A DNA stretch of 64,000 nucleotides, taken from sequence record MZ501089. One strand, given 5' to 3'. Shown piece by piece: positions 8,665 to 18,631 of the stretch. The stretch's first letter is position 1; every line of letters starts with the position of its first letter. The DNA comes from Escherichia phage KarlGJung. Below the pieces are notes generated by a model. The model did not search any database, was not told where the DNA came from, and was given only the letters and a program-made list of their open reading frames with translations. Position numbers and translations under genes: made by a program.

Positions 8665-8928
8665 TCATAGTTCAATCTCAGCGATTTTCATTTCATTATT
8701 GTTAATAGCATTTTTAAGACTATCCGAAAGAATTACATTCCAGTGGTCATTCATATGACCATTAACTAAGCGTGTAATTTCTTCGGGAGTTGAAAAATAA
8801 GGCGTATCAGACTCCCAATGCGATAATCCTAAGCGAGTATAAATCATGCCTTCATCATCGCTAGAATATTCAACTGACACAAACTCATCAGTTATTTTAT
8901 GTTTAACGTAAAAGAACTTAAATTTCAT
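8665..8928 (-). CDS. Hypothetical protein, 87 aa
   Basis: Track ORF; SD GGAGG; early promoter upstream. Confidence 0.45.
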   Translation of the reverse strand: MKFKFFYVKHKITDEFVSVEYSSDDEGMIYTRLGLSHWESDTPYFSTPEEITRLVNGHMNDHWNVILSDSLKNAINNNEMKIAEIEL

Positions 8929-8956
8929 TTTCTGTTCCTCCGTAGTTGATAGTTGT

Positions 8957-8986
8957 ATAGTACCACGGTCCTTGTGGTATGTAAAC
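8957..8986 (-). promoter_or_regulatory. Early promoter (GTTTAC-N18-TACTAT) with a small hairpin in the spacer
   Basis: gtaaac 8981-8986, atagta 8957-8962; spacer contains ccac..gtgg inverted repeat. Confidence 0.55.
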
Positions 8987-9003
8987 TGTTTTATGAAAAT
9001 TTT

Positions 9004-9561
9004 TTAAATGGAAAGATACCATCCGCTGTAGTTGCTTTTTCTTACAACTTTACGAAGGTCTTCTCTGTCACCGATGAACTTCGGAGTGTACTGGATGACA
9101 CCTGGATGAATTTCTTTAGTGTTGAATATAATTATACAGTCGGCGACTTGATGATTTAGAATGGGCCCTAGATTTATTCCAGAACCATATTGATACTCTC
9201 CGCTGCATCCCGTTGTTACCGAAATCCAACGCGAGTCAGTTTGATGTGTCTTAACTTCTACGCGAAGCCCACAGTATTTTGGATGTGCTAAAACATCCCA
9301 TGCATATGTGTACGGATCATCGACATCTTCTTGGCCTTTATTGACATATCCGCTTAGCCAATCTGCCACGAAAAACTCGGCGTACACAGCGATACGGCAT
9401 CTTTCGATAACTTCTGCCTTATCCTGATTTGGGTTTTGTTTTAAAGAGTATCTTGCAGTATCAGCAATTTTGACCTTCATTTCACTAGTCAAGTCACTGT
9501 TCGATAGGGTAAATGACGGAATCTGAAATAGTCTCTGCAAACCCGGATTCGTTTTCTGCAT
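9004..9561 (-). CDS. denB: Endonuclease IV DenB-like
   Basis: 185 aa track ORF; size and position (between ndd block and rIIB) as T4 denB; sequence identity not verified. Confidence 0.5.
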   Translation of the reverse strand: MQKTNPGLQRLFQIPSFTLSNSDLTSEMKVKIADTARYSLKQNPNQDKAEVIERCRIAVYAEFFVADWLSGYVNKGQEDVDDPYTYAWDVLAHPKYCGLRVEVKTHQTDSRWISVTTGCSGEYQYGSGINLGPILNHQVADCIIIFNTKEIHPGVIQYTPKFIGDREDLRKVVRKSNYSGWYLSI

Positions 9562-9628
9562 TTAAACTTTCCTTTTATGTCTGAATCACTGGTATTCATA
9601 TAATAAATCATAATTTCTCTTAAAACAA

Positions 9629-9644
9629 AAGGGCCGAAGCCCTT
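9629..9644 (-). terminator. UUCG-tetraloop hairpin / probable terminator
   Basis: aagggc-cgaa-gccctt, T-rich flank. Confidence 0.5.
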
Positions 9645-9647
9645 ATT

Positions 9648-9842
9648 TTATTTGAATTGTGCAATTCTTTTCTCTAGACATTCAGCATAAGATTTCATTG
9701 AGATGAACTGTGAAAGTAGCAGTTCTTGCTCAACTGCACTAACTGTTAGAAACTTTGCGCTTTCTAAAAATTTACTCAGTGCATTAATTTTGAGCATTAA
9801 TTGATCGTATTCTTCTTTTACTCGTGCTTGATAACCTAACAT
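9648..9842 (-). CDS. Hypothetical protein, 64 aa (rIIB-distal)
   Basis: Track ORF; SD AAGGAA. Confidence 0.4.
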   Translation of the reverse strand: MLGYQARVKEEYDQLMLKINALSKFLESAKFLTVSAVEQELLLSQFISMKSYAECLEKRIAQFK

Positions 9843-9856
9843 AATTTTCCTTAGTT

Positions 9857-9872
9857 AAGGGCCGAAGCCCTT
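9857..9872 (-). other. UUCG-tetraloop hairpin overlapping the rIIB stop codon
   Basis: aagggc-cgaa-gccctt. Confidence 0.5.
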
Positions 9873-10809
9873 ATTTAAATTGTTCAGTAACGTCTTCAAC
9901 TACTTCGTATTGGCAGGTACGCATTTTAGCATCGTTGTAATCAATCGGAATTGATACTACATCACGCGGATGTACTTTAACTTTTACGACTAGGCTGGTT
10001 GAACTGCCAAAGTGACGAATATAAGATTTAGAACACACATGCAGACCACGAGAACAAGTTTGTGTATCATCGTCATTCACACGAGTACGTGGCATTTTAA
10101 CTACTTTACCCGGACTGTTATCAAAGGTGTTTGAGTGACAGTCAAAGTAATTGCTGCGAACTACTTTCCAAGCATAGAAGTAACCATCTTCTGTAATTTC
10201 AATATCGTTTGCTACCAAGAAATCAAAGAGTCGAGATACCGCTTTTTGGCTTGGGTTTTCCAGCAGATTTTCCAAGAACGGAAAATAAAATTCAAAGTTT
10301 TCGCCTTTTTCCATCGAGTCAAGAATACGATCAACCAAACCAGACCGCAATTCGATATTTTGATAGAACAAGCTTCCACCTTCAATTCGAACATCGCCGG
10401 AAATATATTTTTCAACAGCACGGCGAACATTAATTTTTTGTGCAGCTTCTTCCAGCTTATCCGCTACAAGCAGATTAAGAATTTCCTGGAAGTTTGAATG
10501 AGTATTAGGAGTTGCGTTATAAGTTACACCGTCAACAGTAATTGAAATGAATTTTTTAGATGCATTCCAAATAATGTCAGATTTAGCAACTGGAGCAATA
10601 ACTGCATCGCTATTAACTTTAACTGTAATATCACCGCTAATAGTAACTTTAGGGCGTTTAGCTTCTTCAGCATTTTTCAAAACACGACGGATTGTGTCAA
10701 CCGATACATCCTTCCAATAAGCTAATTCCTGTTGGGTATAATTACCACTTGAATACAGTTTAACAATTTCAGCTTGTTCGTTTTTGGTCAGGCATTTAAT
10801 ATTGTACAT
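9871..10809 (-). CDS. rIIB: rIIB protein
   Basis: 312 aa MYNIKCLTKNEQAEIVKLYSSGNYTQQELAYWKDVSVDTIRRVLKN...; follows rIIA. Confidence 0.85.
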   Translation of the reverse strand: MYNIKCLTKNEQAEIVKLYSSGNYTQQELAYWKDVSVDTIRRVLKNAEEAKRPKVTISGDITVKVNSDAVIAPVAKSDIIWNASKKFISITVDGVTYNATPNTHSNFQEILNLLVADKLEEAAQKINVRRAVEKYISGDVRIEGGSLFYQNIELRSGLVDRILDSMEKGENFEFYFPFLENLLENPSQKAVSRLFDFLVANDIEITEDGYFYAWKVVRSNYFDCHSNTFDNSPGKVVKMPRTRVNDDDTQTCSRGLHVCSKSYIRHFGSSTSLVVKVKVHPRDVVSIPIDYNDAKMRTCQYEVVEDVTEQFK

Positions 10810-10820
10810 AATTTTCCTTA

Positions 10821-12998
10821 TTAGGCCGCAAGGGCCTTCATAGTTTTAGCGATTTGGGAAACTTCATCATCACTTAAAGAGTTGCGATAACCGATGAAGT
10901 CGGAAACAATACGGAATTTCTTGGTAAACTCAGCAACCATTTTATCACTATTTTTTGAAGCATTACGTGATAATTCATCAAAAAGATTAGTTACCGTCCA
11001 GATGTCATGACCGATGGTATCTTTTCCACCATTAAAATATACACCGCGCAATGAACTAACTATATTAGCGAGTCGTGTATATTCTTCAGAAACTTCATCT
11101 GTACTGAAGTACTTCATCATAAAATCTAGTTCAGGATGCTTGATAATTTTATCAATATATCGTTGAGCTGAACTTGAATAACCTACATACTTATCATAAT
11201 CTACATCATCAAAAGCATCTACATATAAATCACGCAAAGCTTCAAAAATACATTGGCACTGACCGAGCTCTTTTACCTTTTTCTGCAAAAGCGGACGAAT
11301 AACATAAAATTCATTAATGCCAATAAGATTAGCCATACGAATCAAAATATTCATAGATGGATGACAAAGCGATGTAGTACCATCCATAGAGAAAATATCA
11401 GAACGATGCATATACGCTACATAACCAGTAATTTCATCTGCTTCTGACGTAAGTGTAAATAGTTCCTCTTTTTCCCAGCGCCCGTCTTTAATTTCAAACT
11501 TAAATGCTGTAGCAGCTTTAGGACGAGGAGCTTTACTTTTAACTACCTTTGGAATATAACTTTTTACTAAAGCTTCAATTTCTGACAAATAGTGAATGTT
11601 AACTTCATCACTTTCAAACATCGCCATAATATCAGGGAGTAAATCAATCTGCGATTCTACTTCCGGATTAATAAACAGAAGACGCTCATTGTGATGAATA
11701 TTTAAAGTGTTATTAAATTCACTATCATCTAACGCATGTGCTAATCCACGGACAATATTAACACGATTTTTAATATTATCAATAACGATATTAATTTTTG
11801 TTGTATTAATACCAAACAGACGATAACTTGATGCAACGGCTGAAGTTTCATGACTTTGCTTAATACGCTTCAGTCGAGGGTCAAGATTTACTTCATACAC
11901 AACCCCTGCATTGCATAGCTTACTGTCAGGTTCAAACATGCTCTGCATTTTCTTATATGACAGATTTTTAGTCGTGAATTTGACTGAATTACTAATCATA
12001 TAATCTCGAGCAGAATACCCCATCTTCATCAATTCACGATATGTATGACGAGGAGATGTAGATTCTTTAAATCGTTTTACATCTTCATTAAATGCTTTCT
12101 CACTAAGCTCTTTAACTCGTTCAATAATATTTTTACGAGTACGATCATCCAATGAAAGAGCTTCACGTGATGGAGCAATATCAAGTGAACCCATTGGAAA
12201 CTTAATGTAATTTACTTCATTGCGAATGCTTAGCCAGTTACGGTCTCTAATAACACCATCGATAGGATAAACAATACCGCCATAGATAGCATATAATCCA
12301 CCACGATCTGGCCAGTATCTTTCTGGATTTACACCGTAATAGTCATCAAAATCCGGAAAATAATCAATTTCGCGGTCAAGACCATTAATGATAGCCAAAT
12401 CTTTGAACGGTCGCATGATATAAGAAACTTCATAAGCAAAGTTTCTAAAGTCTTTTTCTTCAACTGGAACTACGATTTCAATACCAGTTTTATCATCTGG
12501 ACCCATTTCTTTCACGAATGTAGGTTTAATTTGTGGACCATCGCCATCCATGTAAGCTACATAACCACGAATTTCACCTTTATGATACGAAGTAATACTA
12601 AATGTATCAGTATAACTAAACGGAGATTTAGAACCTAAACCAAATCCGCCAATGAAATCGTTAGATTCAGCCTTAGATGAACTGAAGTATGAATTATACA
12701 AACCAGGAGAATTATCATCACCCTGAATATCAAAATCACTCATACCCGGACCAAAATCTCGACAAACAAATCGCGGATCTAATCGTCCTGGAACTTGTAT
12801 GATAAATTTTTCAGGATTTCCATTAAGTGCATGGGCATCAATCATATTAGTAATTAATTCACGGACTACTGCACGAATCTTGTTTGTATACAAATCAGAT
12901 GACAGAATTTTAAATACTTTAGGAGATGCTGTGATGCTAAATGCTTTTGATTTAGAACCATTGCCAAGAATTGTTTCTTTTTCAGTGGTGATAATCAT
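10821..12998 (-). CDS. rIIA: rIIA protein
   Basis: 725 aa [56 protein letters not shown]... (GHKL-type ATPase-like N-terminus). Confidence 0.9.
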   Translation of the reverse strand: MIITTEKETILGNGSKSKAFSITASPKVFKILSSDLYTNKIRAVVRELITNMIDAHALNGNPEKFIIQVPGRLDPRFVCRDFGPGMSDFDIQGDDNSPGLYNSYFSSSKAESNDFIGGFGLGSKSPFSYTDTFSITSYHKGEIRGYVAYMDGDGPQIKPTFVKEMGPDDKTGIEIVVPVEEKDFRNFAYEVSYIMRPFKDLAIINGLDREIDYFPDFDDYYGVNPERYWPDRGGLYAIYGGIVYPIDGVIRDRNWLSIRNEVNYIKFPMGSLDIAPSREALSLDDRTRKNIIERVKELSEKAFNEDVKRFKESTSPRHTYRELMKMGYSARDYMISNSVKFTTKNLSYKKMQSMFEPDSKLCNAGVVYEVNLDPRLKRIKQSHETSAVASSYRLFGINTTKINIVIDNIKNRVNIVRGLAHALDDSEFNNTLNIHHNERLLFINPEVESQIDLLPDIMAMFESDEVNIHYLSEIEALVKSYIPKVVKSKAPRPKAATAFKFEIKDGRWEKEELFTLTSEADEITGYVAYMHRSDIFSMDGTTSLCHPSMNILIRMANLIGINEFYVIRPLLQKKVKELGQCQCIFEALRDLYVDAFDDVDYDKYVGYSSSAQRYIDKIIKHPELDFMMKYFSTDEVSEEYTRLANIVSSLRGVYFNGGKDTIGHDIWTVTNLFDELSRNASKNSDKMVAEFTKKFRIVSDFIGYRNSLSDDEVSQIAKTMKALAA
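10823..10837 (-). other. GC hairpin between rIIA and rIIB
   Basis: aggcc-gcaag-ggcct. Confidence 0.4.
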
Positions 12999-13008
12999 AA
13001 TTTCCTCA

Positions 13009-13212
13009 TTAATTCATATTACGCTTAATAACTTCAGCAACTTCTAGTAATTCATCTTTAGTTGCAGTGTCGGATTGAATTTTATCTCTAATATCTTTAA
13101 AGCGGTTTTTAAATTCTTCGGCTTCTCCCATATCGAAAAAGCGTTGAATGATTCTATATTCTCGATGAACTGCTTTATCAAAAAGTTCTAAATTTACTTT
13201 ATATGATTTCAT
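13009..13212 (-). CDS. rIIA.1-position hypothetical protein, 67 aa
   Basis: Track ORF with ATG start and early promoter upstream. Confidence 0.5.
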   Translation of the reverse strand: MKSYKVNLELFDKAVHREYRIIQRFFDMGEAEEFKNRFKDIRDKIQSDTATKDELLEVAEVIKRNMN

Positions 13213-13237
13213 TTCAATATCCTCATTTGCCCAATTA

Positions 13238-13267
13238 ATTATACCACATCCTTGTGGTAAAGTAAAC
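13238..13267 (-). promoter_or_regulatory. Early promoter (GTTTAC-N18-TATAAT) with spacer hairpin
   Basis: gtaaac 13262-13267, attata 13238-13243; spacer accacatccttgtggt. Confidence 0.55.
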
Positions 13268-15084
13268 TACTGGCTCATCCATTCTTTACGAAGGTCAGCA
13301 TTATCTCCCATGAGCATTTCAAAAAGCTCTTTCCAGTTCTCAGGAAGTTTAACAACATCATATACTGGATTTTGAATCATCTCACGATATTCAGATTTTT
13401 CCAAAGAGCCAAGTCCTTTAATATAACGGATGCTATGTTTAGGTAGAGCATCTTTAGCACTCTCATATTCAGCGACTGTATAAAACCATTCTTGTTTTTT
13501 ACCGACCTGAGCGATGATTACAGGAGTTTTGACAAAACGAATTCTTCCTTGCTCAAACAGTTCTGGCCAATTACTAAAAAACCCGAGCAGAGAAGGATAA
13601 ATGCTTCCTAGACCATCATGGTCAGCATCAGTCATAATAGCAATATTATGATAATTCAAGTTTTCAGCTTTTTCACCGAGAACTAATCCAGTGATTGCGC
13701 AAATATCAAATAGTTCTTTGTTTTTAAGCATATCTGCATAAGACATACCCCAACTGTTGAGAACTTTACCGCGCAATGGATAACCACCGTGAAGTTCTTT
13801 ATCACGAACATCAATAAGATATCCGATAGCCGAATCACCCTCAGTCAAGAAAAGAGTAGTGTCAGCATCTTTACCACAAAGATTCGCTTTGATATGTTTA
13901 TGAACCTTAGCTTTAGAAGCCTTTTTAGCTGCTTTAGTTTCTGCTGCTTTTTCTGCCGCCAATTTACGAGCCAAAGCAGCTTCAATAATCGGCATTAGAA
14001 TTGCTTCATTATTTAGAATAGCGCGTGAAATCTTTTTAGCATCAAGTTGAATATGACTACGAATTTCGCCAAATGGAGAAGTCAAACGCTCTTTAGTTTG
14101 AGAATCAAATCGCATGTTTTTCATATCACGAACAAACATAACGATAGTCAAACATTCTTTAACACGCGCTTTAGTTACATCAATTTTGAACTTACGTTTG
14201 ATTTGTGGAATAAGGTCTTCACAAATATCATCCATAACACAGTCAATGTGATGGCCACCATTCTTAGTGTGAATGTTATTGACGTATGTTAATTGACGAA
14301 AACCATCCGGTGAACGACCAACCGCAATAGAACAATTTTCTTGTTCTTGAACAATAGCATGCTCATCATATTGGCGTGCATATTTCTTAAAATTGCCCTG
14401 AACCTTTTTACCATTAAAGGTAAATTGAATATCAGGATAAACTACTGCAAGTGTCTGGAGACGATCTAGTGTAATGTCAAGATAAACTTGGGACAGCTCA
14501 TTAGTTTCAAATGACATAAAATCAGGAATGAAAGTAACACGAGTTCCTTTCCATTTTCCAGGAATAGTTTCCCATGATTTATTTTCCATGCCATTTGAAC
14601 AACGAACTACAATATTATTTTGACCATCACCAGTTTCACCGACAAACATCACAGAAAAAATGTTTGTCAAACTAGAACCAACACCATTCATACCGCCAGT
14701 GACGCGTTCTTTATCATCACCGAAGTTACCACCTGCTTTTGGAATAGTCCATGCAGCAACAGGACCAGGAATTTCTTCACCGGTAGGTGTTTTAACCATC
14801 GCCTGCGGAATACCACGACCGTTATCTTCAACTGTTACTTGATTGTTTTTAATAGTAACATTAATTTTATTTGCGAATTTAAACTTAGTACGAATACCTT
14901 CATCTACTGAGTTATCGATAATTTCATCAATAAGCTTAACAAGACCAGGTACATACTGAACACTTTCCCATTTACCAAACAGAAAGCGCTCATGCATTTC
15001 ATTAGCAGAAGAGCCAATATACATGCCGCTACGCTTTTTGATATGTTCAATATCGCTCAGAATTTTAATTTCATTCTTAATCAT
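13267..15084 (-). CDS. 39: DNA topoisomerase II large subunit gp39, contiguous GyrB-like ATPase plus Toprim (no gene 60 split)
   Basis: Track ORF 606 aa from GTG; ATG one codon in gives 605 aa; GHKL motifs (VEDNGRGIP), Toprim (LFLTEGDSA), C-terminal region continuous. Confidence 0.9.
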   Translation of the reverse strand: MIKNEIKILSDIEHIKKRSGMYIGSSANEMHERFLFGKWESVQYVPGLVKLIDEIIDNSVDEGIRTKFKFANKINVTIKNNQVTVEDNGRGIPQAMVKTPTGEEIPGPVAAWTIPKAGGNFGDDKERVTGGMNGVGSSLTNIFSVMFVGETGDGQNNIVVRCSNGMENKSWETIPGKWKGTRVTFIPDFMSFETNELSQVYLDITLDRLQTLAVVYPDIQFTFNGKKVQGNFKKYARQYDEHAIVQEQENCSIAVGRSPDGFRQLTYVNNIHTKNGGHHIDCVMDDICEDLIPQIKRKFKIDVTKARVKECLTIVMFVRDMKNMRFDSQTKERLTSPFGEIRSHIQLDAKKISRAILNNEAILMPIIEAALARKLAAEKAAETKAAKKASKAKVHKHIKANLCGKDADTTLFLTEGDSAIGYLIDVRDKELHGGYPLRGKVLNSWGMSYADMLKNKELFDICAITGLVLGEKAENLNYHNIAIMTDADHDGLGSIYPSLLGFFSNWPELFEQGRIRFVKTPVIIAQVGKKQEWFYTVAEYESAKDALPKHSIRYIKGLGSLEKSEYREMIQNPVYDVVKLPENWKELFEMLMGDNADLRKEWMSQ

Positions 15085-15136
15085 CACTTATCCTCGTTTG
15101 GTTTCGGGAATATTATACTCCAGTAATCATAAAGCT

Positions 15137-15154
15137 AAAGGCCCGAAGGCCTTT
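15137..15154 (-). other. UUCG-tetraloop hairpin upstream of gene 39
   Basis: aaaggcc-cgaa-ggccttt. Confidence 0.5.
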
Positions 15155-15424
15155 TTATTTAAAACGAATAGTTGAATCCTTAAAGAACAGCCCAGAACAT
15201 ACTGTTCCTTCTACTTTCTGCCCGGTAGGTCCAACAGCACGAAATCCAGTATGTTGGAAATCATTTTCAGAGCAACCAAACCAGTTATATCCAGTGATTT
15301 CAATATTCGTAAAACCACTTGATGATAAAATTTTAGTTGCATTATCAGCATCAGTACATCCTACTAAAGATACTGCTAATACTAATGCTGCGATAGAACG
15401 ATTAACATATTTCATAATTTTCAC
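15155..15424 (-). CDS. Putative lipoprotein, 89 aa
   Basis: Signal peptide plus lipobox: MKIMKYVNRSIAALVLAVSLVGC. Confidence 0.5.
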   Translation of the reverse strand: MKIMKYVNRSIAALVLAVSLVGCTDADNATKILSSSGFTNIEITGYNWFGCSENDFQHTGFRAVGPTGQKVEGTVCSGLFFKDSTIRFK

Positions 15425-15792
15425 TTAAATTTAATGGCTTGAAGGAGACTAATAATTCTTAAACGGCTTCTTTCATCTTTAACTGTAAAAGAAAGAGGAT
15501 CGCCAGATTTCATAGTGATAGTGCATTCAAAATCAAAATCTTCGGAAACTTCTTTGAAGAAGTCAAATTCTTCATCATAAATTAGAACATTACTCTGACA
15601 ACTATGAAGAATTTTTCCATCATTTCCAGATGCTGTACTAATCATTGTAACATTATGACCTTTCATATCTTCAACGATAAATTCACTAGTCAATATTACA
15701 GCATTAATAGAACTATTCCTATTACTAGCAGAAAGTAGATATTTCTGTTCTTCACCTTCACGAATGCAATATTTCTTACCGATTTTAAACAT
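15421..15792 (-). CDS. Hypothetical protein, 123 aa
   Basis: Track ORF; ATG start. Confidence 0.45.
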   Translation of the reverse strand: MFKIGKKYCIREGEEQKYLLSASNRNSSINAVILTSEFIVEDMKGHNVTMISTASGNDGKILHSCQSNVLIYDEEFDFFKEVSEDFDFECTITMKSGDPLSFTVKDERSRLRIISLLQAIKFK

Positions 15793-15794
15793 AA

Positions 15795-15971
15795 TTACCC
15801 TTTAAGTAAGTCGTAAAATCCACCATTCACATGCTTAGGAGCAGAAGGCCGACGAGTAGACAAACGATGACATTTAGGGCAAACATCATTTTCTCGTTCA
15901 GAAATCTTTTTAATTTTTTCATATTCATGCCCGCAATCTTCGGATTGGCATTTATAATCATACATTGGCAT
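15795..15971 (-). CDS. FmdB-like CxxC zinc-ribbon protein, 58 aa (below track cutoff)
   Basis: Hand-translated MPMYDYKCQSEDCGHEYEKIKKISERENDVCPKCHRLSTRRPSAPKHVNGGFYDLLKG; SD AAGGAA. Confidence 0.5.
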   Translation of the reverse strand: MPMYDYKCQSEDCGHEYEKIKKISERENDVCPKCHRLSTRRPSAPKHVNGGFYDLLKG

Positions 15972-15973
15972 AA

Positions 15974-16393
15974 TTATTCCTTAAAGTGTGCTTTCAGCAT
16001 TTGATACAAGGACCATGCCTGTTCATTATTTTCAATAGTAACTTTCATGACAGGAAATTCTGTGAAATCTTCTATTTGTTCTTGCTCTTCCTGCTCTTGT
16101 TCTTCAGCTGCCTGGTATGGATTTTCCACTTCATCAAAGAATTCAGCTTCGCTAGTAGAAAGCCAAATAAAATCTTCATCCAAAATATCTTTACCGGAGG
16201 ATAATGCCAATCTTCCAGTAGATGTCACAATTTTAGTAGGACGACCAAGATAGTCAATATCTATAACTTTAAAAGGTTCCATACCTAAACGTCGTGCATA
16301 AATTCCGTTTTCAGTATGGTCTTTAATAAAAGCTTCTTGAGCTTGTTTATTTTTAAATTGATACCATTTATTAACTTCAAATTTAATAGCCAT
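15974..16393 (-). CDS. Hypothetical acidic protein, 139 aa
   Basis: Track ORF; [10 protein letters not shown] acidic tract. Confidence 0.45.
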   Translation of the reverse strand: MAIKFEVNKWYQFKNKQAQEAFIKDHTENGIYARRLGMEPFKVIDIDYLGRPTKIVTSTGRLALSSGKDILDEDFIWLSTSEAEFFDEVENPYQAAEEQEQEEQEQIEDFTEFPVMKVTIENNEQAWSLYQMLKAHFKE

Positions 16394-16608
16394 TAATAAA
16401 TTTCCTTCCAGTAAGTTGTTCCATCTTCAGTAATTTCACGAAATACACCATAAATTGGTTGTTTATCACCAACCTTTTCATACACATAAACCGAAGTCAA
16501 GTGAGTAAACTTGATGGTGTGTTCCTTTTGAACTACTACCAAATCTGGATTGAATAATACATCTTCAAATTCGTCATTAGTGCAGTTCTGAACAATTTTA
16601 CGTTTCAT
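16393..16608 (-). CDS. Hypothetical protein, 71 aa
   Basis: Track ORF; start overlaps upstream stop. Confidence 0.4.
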   Translation of the reverse strand: MKRKIVQNCTNDEFEDVLFNPDLVVVQKEHTIKFTHLTSVYVYEKVGDKQPIYGVFREITEDGTTYWKEIY

Positions 16609-16621
16609 TACAATTTCCTCA

Positions 16622-16891
16622 TTAATTGAACAGTGGAGCGATGCGTTTCAGAAGAGTAGCAGCACCTTTGGCAAATTTTACATCATGAAAAACAGTTTCT
16701 TCTTCCGTTACAACACGAGCTTTAATGTTTTCACAATCCCAATTTTTGCGAACAATCTTCAAAAGCTGCAGTAAATCTTTACATTCAGCAATATCGATAA
16801 CACATCCACGAGAATCTTCCATTATCGCACGATAACCGTAAGCCATACCATAATCATTAAAAGATTGCTCGATGATAATTAAGTTTTCCAT
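16622..16891 (-). CDS. Hypothetical protein, about 89 aa
   Basis: Track ORF 16622..16903 trimmed to internal ATG behind the shared leader ggagaataaaATG. Confidence 0.4.
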   Translation of the reverse strand: MENLIIIEQSFNDYGMAYGYRAIMEDSRGCVIDIAECKDLLQLLKIVRKNWDCENIKARVVTEEETVFHDVKFAKGAATLLKRIAPLFN

Positions 16892-16988
16892 TTTATTCTC
16901 CAAGTTATTTTCTGTATCAGTAGTTGATATTGATATAGTACCATAATCAACTACTGATGTATATAGTTTTATGAAAAAATTTTAAACT

Positions 16989-17480
16989 TTATGCATAGCG
17001 AGCTTTGCTGTAGTGTTTAATCCAACTTTCAGGAATGACTTTGTATGTTCCTAAAAATACCGCGTTGTATAACTTAACGCCATCTTCTACCCATTGATCG
17101 GTAATGTATGCACACATAGCGCGAGTACGGTTAACAACACCTTCCTCACCTTCAGTAAATTCAAACTCATAAGGAGCAACGAACTTGATAGCTTGACCGA
17201 GTTTCCACTTAAAGTCTACACCTACATGCGAAGTATCAATCGTTTCAATTCCTTTAGCGGGAACAGCTTTCAAAAACGCAGGCTCAAGAAATTTCCATCG
17301 AACATAACCAAACTGAGGTTTAGACATTCCATCTTTAGGAATGATACGCACTTTTACTTCAGAATCTTCATCTTTAACACCATGTTTAAGCTGAATGCTT
17401 ACGACTTCAACCAATTTTCCTGCTGCCTTAGAACGGGATTTATCAGATACACGAGCAATTTCACCGATATTAATATTCAT
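16989..17480 (-). CDS. motB: MotB-like protein
   Basis: 163 aa; size and position between the 39 block and dexA as T4 motB; sequence identity not verified. Confidence 0.5.
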   Translation of the reverse strand: MNINIGEIARVSDKSRSKAAGKLVEVVSIQLKHGVKDEDSEVKVRIIPKDGMSKPQFGYVRWKFLEPAFLKAVPAKGIETIDTSHVGVDFKWKLGQAIKFVAPYEFEFTEGEEGVVNRTRAMCAYITDQWVEDGVKLYNAVFLGTYKVIPESWIKHYSKARYA

Positions 17481-17553
17481 AATTATCTCTCACTTGTTAA
17501 AAAGATTTTATACTCCGCAGGACCATTATACTCTGGTCCCAAGAGTTTGTAAA

Positions 17554-18054
17554 CTAGCTTACACGAACATTAATCACTGCGCTGCGAGGAACTACAGAGT
17601 ACTCTCCAGCATGAACTACATTAAGAAGTTCAACGCCATCTTCAACCCACTGGTCAGTTACCCAACCGCCAACCGGATTCGCGAATGGACGACGAATATA
17701 AACTGCCTTACACAACAAATCAGTCGGGTCTTCAATTTTTTCAACTGGTGTTACATACATAGAAACTAAATCCATATCAATATGGGATTTTTCTTGTTCT
17801 TCTTTTTCAATTTCTGTCAATAAATTGAAATCTTCTTCATAGATGATGAATGATGATACCCTTCCATAATAGTTTCTAATTTCCATGTACACTGTACCAA
17901 TGAGAATTCCGCTATTAACACTAATAACAGTAAAAGGATATCCGCCAGTTGTACCAAGAAGTTCCCAAAACTTGCTATCAGTCGTATTCGACATTGTCTG
18001 GAAATCAATTTCAGATGGTTTTTTCATTTGATACGTAGTATTAATTTTAATCAT
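17554..18054 (-). CDS. MotB paralog (shared C-terminal domain)
   Basis: 166 aa; C-terminal WVTDQWVEDGVELLNVVHAGEYSVVP matches MotB YITDQWVEDGVKLYNAVFLGTYKVIP. Confidence 0.5.
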   Translation of the reverse strand: MIKINTTYQMKKPSEIDFQTMSNTTDSKFWELLGTTGGYPFTVISVNSGILIGTVYMEIRNYYGRVSSFIIYEEDFNLLTEIEKEEQEKSHIDMDLVSMYVTPVEKIEDPTDLLCKAVYIRRPFANPVGGWVTDQWVEDGVELLNVVHAGEYSVVPRSAVINVRVS

Positions 18055-18064
18055 AATTTTCTCT

Positions 18065-18568
18065 TTAGTCTAAGGTAATAAAGCCTTTTAGTTCGGCATG
18101 AGATTTGCGGAACATTACTTGATGCCCGCCAACGATAACTTGGTCATCTGGTACTTCGTATACAGCGAGATAAAATCCTTTAGAAGATAATTCTTCCCGC
18201 TCTTCTCGTGTGAACCATCTCATCATATCATATTCGCTAGCGAAAGCAAAATGATAAAGAGCTATAAACCATCCGGGAATATAATGATCTACGCCTACAT
18301 ATTCTTCTTTCTCAAAGTTAGTATTAATTGCTATATTAGCATTTTTAACTAATAATTTGTCTTCGCGCGGAAGAGGAATTCTTTTATTATCATTACTATG
18401 ATGCATAAAATTAGGTCTGTCATAACCTACACGTAATAACCACTCTTCACTCCATGAATCTATTATACTTCTATATGGCGTTATTTGAACACAAAGATCT
18501 CGACGTATTGTTATAGCATCTTCATAATTAAGAATACTAAATGATGATTCAACACGATAAATTTTCAT
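18065..18568 (-). CDS. Hypothetical protein, about 167 aa
   Basis: Track ORF 18065..18607 trimmed to internal ATG with SD GAGGA. Confidence 0.45.
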   Translation of the reverse strand: MKIYRVESSFSILNYEDAITIRRDLCVQITPYRSIIDSWSEEWLLRVGYDRPNFMHHSNDNKRIPLPREDKLLVKNANIAINTNFEKEEYVGVDHYIPGWFIALYHFAFASEYDMMRWFTREEREELSSKGFYLAVYEVPDDQVIVGGHQVMFRKSHAELKGFITLD

Positions 18569-18595
18569 TTTATTATCCTCAGTAGCTATGGTGTT

Positions 18596-18625
18596 ATAAT
18601 ACCACAACTAACCGAGGAAGTAAAC
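18596..18625 (-). promoter_or_regulatory. Early promoter (GTTTAC-N18-TATTAT)
   Basis: gtaaac 18620-18625, ataata 18596-18601. Confidence 0.5.
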
Positions 18626-18631
18626 AACTTT

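Noticed and set aside
10135-10497. Plus-strand track ORFs lying inside minus-strand genes (e.g. 10135..10497 in rIIB, 14620..14910 in gene 39, 41123..41539 in gene 45, 58027..58431)
   Set aside because: They are antisense to long, well-supported genes, lack Shine-Dalgarno sequences and have low-complexity translations; treated as shadow ORFs.
13267-15084. Gene 60-style translational bypass or split topoisomerase gene
   Set aside because: The ORF is continuous over 605 codons with no gap or internal stop.
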